Origin: Flaccisagitta enflata
Taxonomy: Eukaryota
DNA: 64,000 nucleotides
Assembly: GCA_965153355.1 (NCBI GenBank)
Contig: OZ231126.1
Span: 5,332,001 to 5,396,000 of the forward strand
Direction of reading: 5' to 3'
Shown: piece by piece, positions 25,977 to 40,844 of the stretch
Numbering within the stretch: position 1 is the first letter of the stretch
How the letters are laid out: each line of letters starts with the position of its first letter
Program-made: the position numbers and the translations under genes
The notes under the pieces: model-generated
What the model saw: the letters and a program-made list of their open reading frames with translations, nothing else
Told to the model about the DNA's origin: nothing
Databases searched by the model: none

Positions 25977-26828
25977 CAGGCCTTTTTTTAGTGAATTTTT
26001 TGACAGAGCCAGTCGGGCTCTCTCTGCACAATTTTACACAGAGGCCCGACGGAAGAATAGCGAGCCAGCAGCAAAAAAAAAAAAAAAATAGCTAATCATG
26101 TGAGCTTACATCATAGCACTGGCATAAAACAATGGCTTTCTTTCTTTCTTTCTCTGTAACCAGAAATAAAAGGAGGAAATCATCATATGTGAACTATCTT
26201 AATTAGACTCAATTACATTACCATTAAAAAAAAAAGCTGAATATACAGTTGCCCTAGTTCCGGGTGGACAGGGGCAGTGCCCAGGCGAATCAGTATTTGG
26301 GCAGAGGAAAAATAGCAACGTCAAAACATCGAAACAGCAACGCCCTGAAAATGTTGCTGATTTCCTAATTCAAGCTTAATATTTTCTTAAGAATGGCCAG
26401 CACCAAGAACAAATTGTCACGTTCAATTCTTATACTTTAAAAAGAATCCTGTAGACTGTAGTGACCACCGGTCTTCATTCTAATGCCATTTCGAAATAAA
26501 TGGAGATAGGACAACCAACAAGGTCCTATTTGAAAGAGCTTTCACAGAGCATTTCATTGAGCTATGACCATGGATTTTGCCAGAATTTTCTCTTTGCTAA
26601 AATGTATAACAATAACAACATTTTGCTCGTTTTTTTTTCTTTTTTGTTTTTCCTTTTTTTTTTTTTGCCATAGTGTGCGCTTTTGAAATTCTACAATAAT
26701 GTTCAAATCCACTAACATGTCTCACCAAATTTCAGAGAGCCCGCCGGGCTCAGAGCCAGCAAAAAGTGAGAGCCCAACTGCAAAATAGAGAGCCTCAGGC
26801 TCGCTGGCTCGCTCTAAAAAAAGGCCTG
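25977..26828. mobile_element. Probable hAT-type MITE
   Basis: caggccttttttta ... taaaaaaaggcctg termini with subterminal gagcc motifs; no clean TSD. Confidence 0.5.
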
Positions 26829-26896
26829 CATTGCACATACACACACAAACACATATACACACACATAAACACACACACACACACACACACACACAT

Positions 26897-27000
<104 letters not shown>

Positions 27001-29249
27001 TTTCAAAAAAGATTGATGCACAAAGAGTCAGAGATCGGTATAACCCGATATGCCTTGGGTTGGGCAGTGGGTGGGATGCATACGTGGCACTGCACTGCCA
27101 GGGTTGTCAGGTTTTTATCCGTTTCCAATAAAATTTGTACAGTGATAAAAATTCACCATTGTTTTACAACAAAAACATCAATGATTTTCTGCAAAAGATG
27201 CAGGTTTTCCTAGGGTAAAACACAACTAATTTGTAATCAATTCTTTCGGATCGAATGAAAAGAATAGTTTTTCTTCTACCTTAATTTCTTTTTTTCCCCA
27301 CTATTTTCTCATTAAAAATGTGTCCGACAACAAGTGGTGATCGATATCAAGGATTACAGCTGATGTCCTTAACGCCCCTCCCAATTTGACGCCGTGACAA
27401 GAAATTGAACAGACAAATTATTATTGATTACTTCCTTTTTAACAAACAAGTTCGGACGCACAAAGCTACAAATAGCTGACCAAGCATTTGGGCACGAGCA
27501 ATGATACAAAAATAGTTCTATGACATAGCCAAAAAAAGCAAAGTGCGACTAACCAACAGGCCGAATGACCGGTCGGCCGACCAACCAACCAACTGACCGA
27601 CCAACCAACCAGCTGACTGACCGACCTGGTTGGTTAAGGCTTAGCGTGTCACGTGTCCATAAAAAGTCATCAACATGAACCGGTTCCGAAGTAATGATTC
27701 CGTTCCTTCTAAGAAAGAGGACTCAAAAAGATTCGTTACGTAGACAGACATCGAATTTGAATAAAGGTAAAATAAACATTCATCGCTCAGATCAGACGCT
27801 TGATGATAATTATCACTTTTGGAATTTTTTTCAGATCTCTAGGAACACAACAATAAGTTGAAAAAAAAAGAAGAATTCTGCGTATTTTGTATTCATCAAA
27901 TTCCATATCTGGTCATCAAAACATTCGTCCGTATTTATGAGGATTTTTCATATAGATATCATAACATTTTGCGGATACTCTACGTAGAAACTTTTGAGAA
28001 ACTTCCATGTAGAATATCCGTATAATGACATTCGGACAGACTATCTTATAGGTGTTGGCCTTGTTTCAATCGTAATCCCCCTTTCTTCCCTTCATGTTCG
28101 ATCATTGGTTATTTTACTCAAGAGTGTCACGTGGTGATGGAAATGACGATAAAAACCGGATTCCTATTTTGAGGATGCTTCATCGCATCTCCTTAAGAAG
28201 TTTCAGACGTCTTCTCATCCTTCGTCCGTTTACTAATCTATCCGTTGCATCTCCAGTTTCAGGTGTCTTCTCATCCTTCGTCCGTGTACCAATCCATCCG
28301 TTGCACCATTTTAACAACTACATCATCGGAGTTTTGTCCACTGCTACAATTTCAATTTTCTATGCTACACAATGGAAACTTTTGCATTTTTTTTATCTTT
28401 CCATCAATTTTCCATGTTATTCAATGGAAACCATTTAAATACTCATTTTTTTGTCAATTTTCCATGTTATTCAATGGTGCAATGGTGCTCGCGCACCCAA
28501 TCTTGCAGAAGGCCGCGTGTGTTCTACAGGACATCGTCCCCTTCGGGACCGCTGCCCTGCTAACCACCACCTACATTCACAAACATACAAAGCAGGGCAA
28601 CGGGTTTCGCTGACCACATATTGCCCTTAGGCGACTGGTTTAGTACTGTGGTACTGCCCCTGCCCATCGTCCAACCGTCCGCAACTTTTGCCCCGGGTTG
28701 AGCTTGTTTTTTACCATTCCAAGAATCCCGACCTTCCGGTTTGTCAGTCCATTGATGAGACTGTGGGTTCAAAGACCAACGAAAGAGTTATAAATGCTAC
28801 TCCTGGAACGCATCGTTGCTTGAGTGGCATTTTGGTCCATCCTACTCTCCTCCTTACTGTACTATGAGATCTTCCCTCGTAGCTTTCGTACCTTCGTGAC
28901 TAACTTCCATAAATAAATTGCCATTTTTCTTTCTTTTTTTATCATGACCTTTAAAGAAAAGTTGATGGTAATGTATAACATAATTAACGATTTTAAATGC
29001 TTTACGTGGACCACTCCCTTTCTCAACAACTCACTCATATATGAGTAATTAAAATCAATCAAATCAATATATTTTATAAAGAATTAAACATGTTTGAATC
29101 AAGTTTGAATCAGTGCTTAGTCGTTTCTAAAAATAATCTGAATATTAGATTATACCTGGAAAGATTGCTCTGCATAGCATATTCGAAAATCTTGGTGTCG
29201 GTCTTATAACATGGAGTATTTTCGTCTGTCTGTACTCTCTCACTCTCAC

Positions 29250-29433
<184 letters not shown>

Positions 29434-30512
29434 ACAGTGCTAACTATTGAAAAAGCTGACCGACCAACCAACTAACAAGGAGGCTTTTCTTGCATCCCCT
29501 CTCTAAGTAAGTTTACCCAACGAAACAATGTTTCATTACCCCTCATCCCTAAGATTTTCATCAGATGGAGAAAGAATCTTCTTAATACTTTTCGCACACA
29601 ATTTTTAGCCGTGTGCTACGCGACTCTATACCGAGCACTGTCCGTCCGTTGGTCGGTTGGTTGGTCCCCTTTTGGGCAGCGGCCCCGAAAGTCGATGACC
29701 TATGCTCTCTCACATATGGGGAAGTTTCTCCTTCTCCTTCTCCTCTGCTTCTTGGGGCTTGCCCTGCTCCCCCTTCAACTCCAAGCACAACCTACTTAGG
29801 CAGGACACGGGTGCCGCTGACCATCTAACCCTTTTGCGACTATTAATTTTTTTTCGCCGATTTTGAGCTCTTTGAGGTCACTGCTCCTGCCCAAATGCTT
29901 TAGTGACGTTTTTCGTCAATGCCCCTGCCTATCCGCACGCGACTGGGGTAGCCGTGTATCCGGCCTTGTTTTTCCCACAAGGTGAGACAATATTCGTTCA
30001 AGACTAACCCTTCTTTGGTTACTCGTAAAATATTAAGTAGAAAAATTTCGAAAATAAAGGATGGTTATTCGAATGGGGGAAATGAAAATGCTTTAAAACA
30101 GCATCTATTCTCAGATCTTCCTTATCTGAGATAAACTGCCGCCTATTATGAGAAAAGTTAATAACAAGGAAGCAGTGCCCAGTTACCTAGCTCTTATCTT
30201 TTCTGACATCGGTTGGGAGGGTTCCTTTGGCTTGGAAAATCTAAATAAAAGAAATATTTTTACAAATCAAAACTGAAATATTTTTCAGGTCCCTCTTTCT
30301 AGATAGAATCTAGGAGAGAGAAAATCAAAGTAGAAAATATGAGCTCTTTTTTGGAACTTTATCAACGACATCAATTCTTTGATGTAATGTTCCCATTTAA
30401 AGAAGAATACATATACTCAAATATTGTCTCCAAGCTGTAGATCATCTGAAAGACCCAGTAACTGACTGAAAGCTTTTATTCTGCATTTGGTTTTAAGATT
30501 ATGCCATCATGA

Positions 30513-32820
30513 AAGATTGAGCCACTCTGTACCGTATTTACCGATTTTGACCATCAAACACACAGACAAATAAGAAAACAAAAAAAAGTGAAATAAGGAA
30601 ACTCAAAAGGCAAAAATCACTCAATTGATGAGTGTTCATTTCATTTTTTGTCTGCATATATCCAAGGCCCCGAAATGGAACATTAAGAGTGTTAAATTTC
30701 AGCATCGTTAGATTTCCTTGAATTGTATCATTAATTTCGTTTTCGTCAATTCTTTTGTCAAACAGAAAGAAAGTTTCGTTTTCTTTCTTTTACTTTGGAC
30801 AAAAAAAAGTAGATTTTGTGCTGTAAAATACAAACTTCCATCTCATGAGGAAAAAGAATGAAAAACAGCCGAAACTGAAAATGAAATAATCGGGCATCAG
30901 TCATTTTGGCCACTTCAGAACTCGTTTTTGTCTCATTGGTCATTTGGCAATTGAGTTTTGTCCGATGGTTGGTGTCCTATAGTCATCCTATGGTTGACAT
31001 CTTATAGTCATCCGATGGTTGGTGTCTTATAATCACCCGATGGTTGGTGTCCTATAGTCATCCGATGGTTGGTGTCTTATAGTCACCTGATGGTTGGTGT
31101 CTTATAGTTATCCTATGGTTAGTATCTTATAGTCATCCGATGGTTGGTGTCTTATAATCACCCGATGGTTGGTGTCTTATAGTCATCCGATGGTTGGTGT
31201 CTTATAGTCATCCGATGGTTGGTGTCCGTAGTCAAAAACATCATAAAACAGCCTACATTTTAGGACCTGCAACAAGTTTTATGGTAAAAGTTTTATAGTC
31301 ACCCGATGGTTGGTGTCTTATAATCACCCGATGGTTGGTGTCTTATAGTCATCCGATGGTTGGTGTCTTATAGTCATCCAATGGTTGGTGTCCGTAGTCA
31401 AAAATATCATAAAACAGCCTACATTTTAGGACATGCAACAAGTTTTATGGTAAAAGGATATACAAAAGATGTCAATACTCATAACACGCCAATTGTTCTC
31501 ATTTGCCTTCTCTCCTTTGACCAAATCATTATGACGTCATTTATTTAAATAAAAAGCTCTACAAAGGGCAAAAGTCGCTGAGGGTTGGCCAGGGGCAGTT
31601 CTACAAAAGATACTCAAACTTACACATACACAACGCAAACTTACTTTATATTCCATACATAAATAAATCAAAAAAATAACTGTAATTCAATGTTATGGAG
31701 GGACGGAGGGACGGACAGACGGATGGATCGACAAAGCAAGCAAGATTGAGCCACTCTGTACCGTATTTACCGATTTTGACCATCAAACACACAGACAAAT
31801 AAGAAAACAAAAAAAAGTGAAATAAGGAAACTCAAAAGGCAAAACTCATTCAATTGATGAGTGTTCATTTCATTTTTTGTCTGCATATATCCAAGGCCCT
31901 GAAATGGAACATTAAGAGTGTTAAATTTCAGCATCGTTAGATTTCCTTGAATTGAATCATTAATTTCGTTTTCGTCAATTCTTTTGTCAAACAGAAAGAA
32001 AGTTTCATTTTCTTTCTTTTACTTTGGACAAAAAAAGTAGATTTTGTGCTGTAAAATACAAACTTCCATCTCATGAGGAAAAAAAATGAAAAACAGCCGA
32101 AACTGAAAATGAAATAATCGGGCATCAGTCGTTTTGGCCACTTCAGAACTCGTTTTTGTCTCATTGGTCATTTGGCGATTGAGTTTTGTCCAATGGTTGG
32201 TGTCCTATAGTCATCCTATGGTTAACATCTTATAGTCATCCGATGGTTGGTGTTCCGATGGTTGGTGTCTTATAATCACCCGATGGTTGGTGTCCTATAG
32301 TCATCCGATGGTTGGTGTCTTATAGTCACCCGATGGTTGGTGTCTTATAGTCATCCTATGGTTGGTATCTTATAGTCATCCGATGGTTGGTGTCTTATAA
32401 TCACCCGATGGTTGGTGTCTTATAGTCATCCGATGGTTGGTGTCTTATAGTCATCCGATGGTTGGTGTCCGTAGTCAAAAACATCATAAAACAGCCTACA
32501 TTTTGGAACATGCAACAAGTTTTATGGTAAAAGGATCGACAAAAGATGTCAGTACTCGAAACACGCCAATCGTTCTCATTTGCCTTCTCTTCTTTGACCA
32601 AAGCATTATGACGTCATTCATTCAAAAACAAAAAGCCCTAAAAAGGGCAAAAGTCGCGGACGGCTGGCCAGGGGCAGTTCTATAAAAGATACTCAAACTT
32701 ACACATACAAAACACAATCTTACTTTATATTCCATAAATAAATGAATTAAAATAAGTAACATTAATTCAATGTTATGGAGGGACGGAGGGACGGACAGAC
32801 GGATGGATCGACAAAGCAAG
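30513..32820. repeat. Tandem duplication (period 1229 bp), each copy with a 25-bp minisatellite CCGATGGTTGGTGTCTTATAGTCAT
   Basis: aagattgagccactctgtacc at 30513 and 31742; both copies end ggatcgacaaagcaag. Confidence 0.9.
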
Positions 32821-33028
32821 GTGTATAGTCGCGTGTCCACGAACAAAATCATCTTGTCATGCAATCTGTACATTCTAAAGACCAAATTACAATGGAAAAT
32901 CTTGATGTTAATGGCTGACGGTAAAACCAAATGAGTCGGTCTTTTGGTGTTTGGGTAGGTTTAAGTTGTCATGAAGTAATGGGTCCTTCAAGTCTGTGTA
33001 GAAAATGAAAATATATCTATCTATCTAA

Positions 33029-33066
<38 letters not shown>

Positions 33067-33067
33067 G

Positions 33068-33126
<59 letters not shown>

Positions 33127-35842
33127 AACAGGGTGAGTAAAAAAATTCGTACTCAGCTTGAAAAGCATACTTGTTACGGGAGTTTTGAGCTAAAATTTGA
33201 ACCAGAGTATCTCAGTAGGTCATACTAAAAGTAGAAACTAATATCCGCTGATAAGATTTCCATACATGGCCTTGACATGTATTTAAGAAAAAGGAGAAGT
33301 CCAGATTTTGACATGAATTTATTTGCAGAGCTGTGTTAATTCAAAAATGAAGGTTTTTGTAACTCTATTGACCCCCGGATGGATTGTTTGAGAAACAAGG
33401 CCGGATACACGGCAATCTAGTCGCGGACGGTTGGGCAGGAGCAGTAATGCGAAAACCGCTCAAAATTCAAAAACGTGACGGACGGACGGACCGACCTACC
33501 GACCGACGACCGACCGACCGACACGGCAAGGTGTAGACCGACACGGCAAGGTGTAGAGTCGCGTGTCCGCGACTAAAGATCTATCTAAAAAAATGCCGAA
33601 TAAACGCAGCGAAAAGAAAAATATAAATGAGAGAACAAAAATGATTTATCAATCAAATTCAGACTAGACAAAAATGTATAATCACAAAAAAGTAATCTTT
33701 TGTTACTCTCTACTCGTGTCCCTGTTGGTCTAAAAATGTATTCTGCTGTCTTCCATATGTCCTTTTTCCTCAGCTAAAGTATGAAAAATATCCTAATCTT
33801 TAACACTGATCATTTACTTGAAAGAATTACTTCAAATCTAGGCGCCTTTTCTATAAATTTGATGGCCAGTACAAAATTGTTTGCACACCCTGTTGTATCT
33901 ATCCATGAAGTCCCTTTACGTTGTTGTAACGTTTGAAAACCTAAGTTTTTAAAGCGATTCATTCCTCCCTTTTTGACCGTCATGGTTATGGGCATGATTT
34001 TCATGAACTTTGTGTCGTCATTTGTACAAGAATTCTTTCTTTTTCTCTCATTTCTCTGCAAAGGAAATGCGATTCTTCTGGTTTTTGCTTCCTCCTTGAA
34101 TTCGGGCGTCCCGCCTAAGGCAGTCCACAGTCATTGCTCAAAATGATACCGTATGCTTTCAGTTGGTTTTTTTTTTTTCAATCTCGTTCTTAGCTCATTG
34201 TCATATTCAACAAGAATGAATTTTGGTTCCTACCGTATTTTTTCTAGTTAGTACCAATGATGCTTTCATTGAAAATCAACCGACTACTCTTTAATTTGCG
34301 CCCTATCTTTTTGAAATCATCATGAAATTTTCCAGCAGAAACAGTTGAACTCCGCAGTAACAGACCCGCTCTTACAGGTTTACCACCATTAAAGGTCAAT
34401 ATTTTAAGGTCCCAAATGATCATGTTTAATGTGACTTCATCTCTCTTTATAGATGAACCTGAGACAATGGTGAAAGATCTTTGGTCCCTAGGGGACCGAT
34501 GAGGTGGGTCCTACTGTAGTTTAGAATTACCTAGGTAACATACAGTTACACCCCGCTTTAATGGACCCAAGACTAACAGAAATCCGCCTATAATAAATGC
34601 GAAATATTGATCCTTTCATGTCATTACATCAGAAAAAATTTGTTGGTCCATCAATACCCATTATTCCTGTCTTGCATGATTTTACTGTATCCTTATTTTA
34701 TGAGGCACCGGGTAACAATTTTCTTTTGGAGTCTTTTAGAATTCCTACCATTCTTATTCAAAGTAACCCTTGATACGCTGACTGTTGCCGTTTTATCTTA
34801 GCCGCATCTTCTGTTGTATTTTCTTTGCGCCTTTCATCTTCTCAACCTCTCAGAAATGTGCGTCTTTACTTTCGGAATTTCGACATGAAAATTTTGCGCT
34901 TGTAAGGTGGATCGTTTGTTAGTTGAACATTACAGATATTTCCTTAAAATGCTGTCGATATCCTTGCTAATTACTACTTCTAAAACTTATTTATTGCCAA
35001 ATGATTATGCTCTTCTTGGGAGGTTTCAGCGCACATTGCAGGTAGTAGAGCAAGTCGTTCTCTCTATGGATTACTCACTGATATCCTTACTTTTTTTAAA
35101 TTTTCTTCTATCATTTCTTTTTTCATATTAAGAAAATAAACCAAGATAAGGCAGACTCGGTACATAACTCACAGCCGGAATCAAAAGCAGTAAAAAAAAA
35201 ACCAATTAATGTCGAATGTATTTTTATTTTTGATATAATCTTTTTTACTCGTGCTTTTGCTGGATGGTATGTAACTGTCAACACTTTTGACGAATAAAAG
35301 ATCATTCATAACACGTCTGTAAAAGGCCATGCTCGTCATATATGTTTAACTTGGGTGATTTATCGATACACAGATAGACAATGGTAGTAAAGGACAAACT
35401 GACAAACGAACCGACCAGTCCAACACAAAGTTGTCTTTTGAAGAAAAGCATGTAAAAAAAAGGCATGACTGCATGAAGCATGAAGGACACTAGTAGGTGG
35501 TATGTCCGTCCATCCATCTGTCCATCCTTCTATCCGTCCATCCATCTATCCATCCGTCCATCCATCCGTCCATCCATCTGTCCCTCCGCCCGTTCCTATG
35601 ATATCATGCAGTTATGTGAGGTAATTTAGAACAGGTAGCTGTCAATCTCGTGGGCTGATTTCTTTCTTACAGATTTGTTCAAAACGTCATGATTGAATAA
35701 TTGGGGCAGTTATTAATCGTGGCAAATTTGGATGATAAAAAATCTGCCGAATTAAACAATGAAACAATCCTCTCTCGCTTTGAGTGCGATTATTTTCTCC
35801 GAAAAGCTTTGAAACGCGTGTCCAGCTTTTTGTCACCGTTAA

Positions 35843-36111
35843 GGGGGCGTTTCTAGTCAAAGACGATCGCGTTTTGAAAGGGCCACTCGGTCGCTCGCTA
35901 CGTTCGTTCGCTCGCACCGCTCACTCCGCTCACTCGCTCCGCAGCGCTCCGCTTCGCTACGCTCGCTTCGCTCGCTCGCTCCGTTCACGGGCTCGCTCAC
36001 TCACATCGCTCACTCCCTCGTGGGACAGTTGAAATTCTTGACTATGTGTTCACAATGTTATCGCGTTTCACGGAAACAAACGCGTTTTTGGCGCTCACTA
36101 GAAACACGCCC
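35843..36111. mobile_element. PIF/Harbinger-type MITE with CGCT-rich core (relative at 5979-6218)
   Basis: taa|gggggcgtttctagt ... actagaaacacgccc|taa. Confidence 0.65.
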
Positions 36112-37974
36112 TAAAGGCCGAGATTAAACGCGAGTTGATAACAACCAATCTACTTAACGAGAGACAAGCCCATTTTTATATCAAAATGAGAATAGGAAAA
36201 AAAAAGAATGACTCAAAATGAAAAATAAAACTTTCAAAACGAGAGATAAGAAAGAAACACATAAACCGAAACTTGGAGTAAAAAAGGACCATTTTACAGC
36301 CTAAGATCTAAAGACAAAGATAAGAAAAAAAAACACAGTTTCAAACGTCTTTCCTCTTTCCTCCACCAGCGTGGAATAGATGGAGTAAAAAAGCGACATT
36401 TTTCTTATGTCCAGATCTTCTTTTGTGTCATCCTCAGAAAAAATTAATTTCTACCACCGGCTAACTCTTACGTGCTCCTCATCAATCAATTCGTTCAAAT
36501 TCTTCTACAACATTCATCGTCAAATAAAATTCCTTCATCTTACTTTCCATTTTTACTTCTTTACTTTCTTAGCGTCTTCCTCCGACCAACCCCCACGGAT
36601 TTTGGAATTTTCCAACCATTACTCCATTTCCCTCCCGCTCCATCTTCCCTTCCGAGTTCTGCCATCCTTAATCTTCTCTTTCAGCAGCTCTTTCTGCAGC
36701 TTTTAGCTCTTCATAGACATAAAAAAAAACAAAAAAGGTTTAAACATCGATATCAAAAGATTGTCTGAAACCATCAGAAACTGAGAAAAAGAGAACTTGT
36801 AATGCTGAAAAACAAGATTTGGGCCGTTTGCTAGACATACCAGGCCCAAAACAGGTCAAAATTGGCAGAAAAGCACTGTTTTAACTTTATACAATTTGAA
36901 GGTCAAAGTGAGGAGAATTGGAAAAGGCTTTATTTTGGTGGTTTTCCCAAATTTTAGGTTCTATGAATGGTATTAAAGATGTTGCTAACTTGTTTACATG
37001 TTGGCATGCTTACTTAGTCAAAAAATAAACGAACAAGCCAAAATATACTGGTTTGAAAATATCAAGATTCTCTTATAAGAAGGGAGACAATAAGGTGCAT
37101 CTGAAAAATAAATGGTATTTTGAGCATTTTCAAAGCTGTGTCACAATTGTAAAAATGCAACCATTGATGATTTTGTGCATCCTCCTTGAACATTGTACTT
37201 TGACAACAAAATTGAATTTTGGGCTGGTGCCCTTCAAACCAATTTCACCCTTTTGCATGCTTTTCATACTCCGTCACGGATTTTGAAACACGACAGCCTT
37301 CAAAATCCCGCCATTAATATATCCAAAAAATAGATTTTCCCAGAGATTATCCTGAACTTGGGTTATATCATTAGATGTTACTAAAGGTTGGGCTAAAAAT
37401 CCCGTCCACCGATTTGATTTTTCACGATATTGCCTACAAGCCAACTCAGCTACTTTTTGGGCAAATTTGCGCAAATATCATATATTCTTCAGTGGGTTTT
37501 GCGGTCAAATTCTACAATCTAAGTCCAAAAAAACTATTTGATCACTAATCAGCACTTCAGCTTAGGAGCCAACTCAAAAATTGCTGCTCAGCTCCGAGAA
37601 CCAGAACAGATCTTATGTTTTCCTAGTTCTAACTGATCAGCGTGAGAGGTCGCGAGGGGTGTTGTCTCCTGTCTAAATTTTCTTAAAAATCTTTTCGTAA
37701 TATTAATATTTAGTAATGATAATTTCCACCTCGCGTGGCCCCGGTCCTCGCTAATTTTCTGCTATTATTGTCCTCTTGACCGTGCAGCGGGCTTTCAGTA
37801 GTCTGTTTTTATGATATTGGCGTTAACCTTGCGGTCAGTTGGTTTTCCCCTCGCTGTGGTTGCGTAACATTTCACTCGTCTTACGGCCGTTTCCTCATCA
37901 CCTTTACTTCGTTTCCTCATCACCTTTACTTCGTTACGTCCCCAGGTCCGATCGCCGCCGTGCCATTTTCCACT

Positions 37975-38143
37975 ATGGGAGACGACAATAAAGAAGTAGA
38001 CATCTTTCGAGACACTCTCTTACGGTACGCGGGATACGCAAATGAAGTGGGTGAAGCGTTTAGAGCCCTCACACCGAAGGTTTTCGTTCACGGGACATAC
38101 GTTGTCGCCAGCGCTTATGTTCTCGCCGATGCAACTGACAAAG
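37975..38143 (+). CDS. MTFP1: Mitochondrial fission process protein 1, exon 1 (MGDDNKEVDIFRDTLLRYAGYANEVGEAFR...)
   Basis: DxxRDTxxRYxGYANEVGEAFR signature; g|gtaagt donor. Confidence 0.95.
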
Positions 38144-38586
38144 GTAAGTTGATGATACGTAGGCTACAAAAGTGAATTGGCTGCAGGATCCTTTGCCCGA
38201 CAACACCATAAATTCATAGGGAAATCTACAAACATTGAAAGTGTGGCTTATACGTACAGCTAAACCCCGCTCCAACGGATTTCAGGGACCAATAAATATC
38301 ATTTGTTATAAGCAATTTCTATTATAGGAAACATATGAAATTAAAGAAAACTAGTTGAAAGGATCAAGAATTAGTATCTGTTATAAGTGGAATTACGTTA
38401 AAAGCGGGTATGTTAGAGCGGGGTTCCACTGTATACATTGACTCCACTTTTGCTGCTACCGGATGCGATTATAGGTGTTTGTCATTATGAGCTCGTTCTT
38501 GTCAACCTGCTAATATCGAGTATCGTGTACTTGTTAATGTCTAACGAATCTATTACGCAGTTGTCACCAAACTTTATCTTTCGCAG

Positions 38587-38750
38587 CCATAAAGGCGAAT
38601 AAAAAGCCTTACGCGGATGACTCGAAGCGTACTGCGGCGGTGGCTGTTGGATTCGTCGACTCGTTAGTTTGGCAGGCCTTCGCTTCCGTCATCGTCCCAG
38701 GATTCACCATCAATAGGACATGTGCGGGCTCGCTATGGACCATGGAGAAG
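38587..38750 (+). CDS. MTFP1: MTFP1 exon 2 (...VDSLVWQAFASVIVPGFTINRTC...)
   Basis: cgcag acceptor, aag|gtcagg donor, phase 1-0; WQxxASVxxPGFTINR motif. Confidence 0.93.
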
Positions 38751-39198
38751 GTCAGGTTTTAATAGCTAATAGCTAAGTACTATGAGATAGGTACAGATTA
38801 GATGTATGTACCAGAGGGTTCTGGAGTAGCCAAAATCTGTAGCTCTTCACTTTCATTCTTTCTCTTTCGTGCTTTCCTACTTTCTTTCTCTATCGTTCTT
38901 TCTTTCTCTTTCGTTCTTTCTCTTTCCCTCTTATGAAATGTTCCAAGTCAAAAATGTTGTTAAAGAGAAAAATTTATGAACGAACCGCACCAACGGTGAC
39001 GACATGCAGGCTTTGTCACCTTTCTAATCGCGTATGTTTCACAATACTTTGCACTAATGTGCGGCTCACAACAATTTAACATTGTTGATATGATGGCAGC
39101 ACATTTGATGAGCATAACAATTCATTCATTCAATCATTCTTTCTCTCTCTCTTTCTTTCTCTCCCTCTTTCTTTCTCTTTCTCTCCTTCTCTTTCTCT

Positions 39199-39456
<258 letters not shown>

Positions 39457-39457
39457 G

Positions 39458-39601
39458 GTAATTCCCAAGGTTCCATTGACAACACGTAAATGGATCACTA
39501 CGTTCATCGGCTTGGGCATGATTCCTCTCATCATTCATCCCATCGACAACGGCGTTCATTACGTCATGGATCAGTCCATTCGTAAAGTTTATCCCAATTG
39601 A
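39458..39601 (+). CDS. MTFP1: MTFP1 exon 3 ([47 protein letters not shown])
   Basis: (CT)n-ccag acceptor; RKW...GL..IP.IIHPID motif; TGA; total 158 aa. Confidence 0.93.
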   Translation, partial: VIPKVPLTTRKWITTFIGLGMIPLIIHPIDNGVHYVMDQSIRKVYPN

Positions 39602-40701
39602 CGTGTGACTGAAATCGTATGTGGAGATTAACGAACCTTTATACTCATTGTAATTGAGTGCTTCAAAACTTTTAAGTTCAGGAGCAACATGACTCATGTG
39701 AATTACCCTTGTGTACTTCACTATTTTTTAAAGGCCCACGGGTTGGCTTGAAATGAGAACCGGGATTGTTAGGTCATTAAGAGATGAGAGCGATCGACGC
39801 GGCCCCAATGGCTCTTCACACGTGCGTGCAAGATTGCATGCTCAGCGCTTATCTCTACACGTCTAAGAACGCAACATGCATTTATCATGCGACGATACTA
39901 ATTGATGAACACTACTTTCTCCCACTCATTACTAAGCCAATAACGGATTACACATTATTTCTACCCCGCGTATTACGGCGAATCTCTCAACTACATTAAG
40001 ACTTTTTCTCCACACATTACGAGCCTTATTATCCACATTCACTGGAGATCCCCTGGATAAACACCAGTTTCCTAGTCATTATCTTAAACTTATGTAACCA
40101 TTTACTCATCGATCTATCTACGTGTGAGAACGCGAGTGTTAAACGGATGGATGTGAACTGAATTTTGCTAATTTCTATCGATTGCTGTCTCGTAGATTTA
40201 AAGTGTGCCGAAATTCTGGATGTGTCGATGATTTTAATATTTTTTTCAATCGCACTTTTCTCCAGGCTTTGTTGTTATCTTTCAAGAATGTATATTCTCC
40301 CGAGCTTGTTAATTGTTTGCCTCCCTCTGTCGTTGATTTTATCACTATTTATTTGATGATTGCTGACTAACGCAGAAATATCAAGCAAGTAGCTAGAATC
40401 ATTAACGGCTTTAAGAATAATTTTATTGATAATCGATACGGGGAATTGAAAAGTAAAAATCCATCACCGGGGAGTAAAAAATATCCGGAAAAAACTGCTC
40501 ATAAAAAAAAACACAAAACATAACAGCAACCAAATTAGTAAATAAACTTGAACGAATAAGTAACGAAAAGAACGCAACAAAGACTGTAAGACATAGCATC
40601 CAGACTTTGATCCAGTTACCGTCCAGAGGGATTTGATACAGGACCCATTGCGGAGAAGTTTATCTCTTGGACTTTGCGGTGCTTCACTGCTGCGATATAG
40701 G

Positions 40702-40844
40702 ATGGCGTCTGCCGACGTGATTTGCGACTTATGTCGCGATCCCATCGTAATTTACGCGACCGGCAGCTGCGATCATTCCATCTGTCACACCTGCGCCACC
40801 AGAATGAGGGTCCTTTGCAAACAAAACTACTGCTCCATTTGCAG
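40702..40844 (+). CDS. ZNF598: ZNF598/Hel2-like E3 ligase, exon 1 with C3HC4 RING (CDLC...CDHSICHTCATRMRVLCKQNYCSIC)
   Basis: ATG 40702; RING spacing and RMRVLC motif typical of ZNF598; first ag|gtatgt donor of a repeated set. Confidence 0.9.
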
